From assembly GCA_028534125.1 (NCBI GenBank), contig CM052832.1, positions 20,214,001 through 20,278,000 of the forward strand: 64,000 bases of DNA. Direction: 5' to 3'. Positions 63,745-64,000 of this stretch are shown here, piece by piece. Position 1 is the stretch's first letter. Each line of letters begins with the position of its first letter. This DNA is from Lama glama. Lineage: Eukaryota. The notes under the pieces are model-generated. The model did no database searches and was not told the origin of the DNA. It was given only the letters and a program-made list of their open reading frames with translations. The position numbers were made by a program, and so were the translations under genes.

Positions 63745-64000
63745 TTACAACAGACACTTGCTAGGAACTTTACATGATACATCCTAGGAATTCAGGATGT
63801 AAATAATGGGAGAATCTTGCTTTTGAGGAGCTTATGTCTACCTGGAGAGGCAGAAATAATTCAAGAGTTATGACAGAGCTTTGCAGTGCAATGAAGTACA
63901 GAGCTATGCAGCTGTCCCAGCCAATGAAAGAGTTACGGAAGCAAAGAAAATCTCACAGAATGAGGGTGAGTCGTGACATGAGAAAAACAAGTGGAAAGGA
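63745..64000 (-). mobile_element. LINE L2 fragment running off the window end
   Basis: 'tcttgcttttgaggagcttatgtctacctggagaggcaga...tacagagctatg'. Confidence 0.55.

Noticed and set aside
1..64000. CRISPR arrays, operons, prophage, defence systems, endogenous non-retroviral virus or NUMT
   Set aside because: The sequence is mammalian nuclear DNA. I saw no regularly spaced repeat-spacer units, long ORFs, or viral or mitochondrial peptides.

Overview
This is AT-rich, CpG-depleted eutherian genomic DNA, most likely camelid (camel, alpaca or vicuna). That call rests on four tRNA-Ala(AGC)-headed SINEs resembling the camelid Vic-1 type and on cetartiodactyl-type L1 3' ends. I recognise no protein-coding gene: the ORF track holds only chance ORFs or decayed repeat sequence, so the window looks like a large intron or gene desert. 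Much of it is interspersed repeat: L1 (old L1M and younger lineage-specific copies, several with target-site duplications), L2, MIR, MaLR/ERVL LTRs (MLT1, MLT2, LTR33), hAT/Tigger MITEs (MER5, MER20B-like, MER3, MER8) and microsatellites. There is one 100-N assembly gap. The unique sequence between repeats contains several motif-dense, enhancer-like blocks and a few + strand segments with canonical splice signals. I found no convincing new biological system. The best leads are a textbook 108-nt exon-like unit (43011-43118), a CpG-retaining double-hairpin/exon candidate (13764-13884), a compact L1 5'UTR-SINE-L1 ORF1 chimera with a possible decayed TSD (27087-27385), and a possible unclassified retrocopy carrying promoter-type motifs (54177-54445). 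Repeat family names come from recalled consensus similarity rather than a database search, and boundaries of old elements are approximate.
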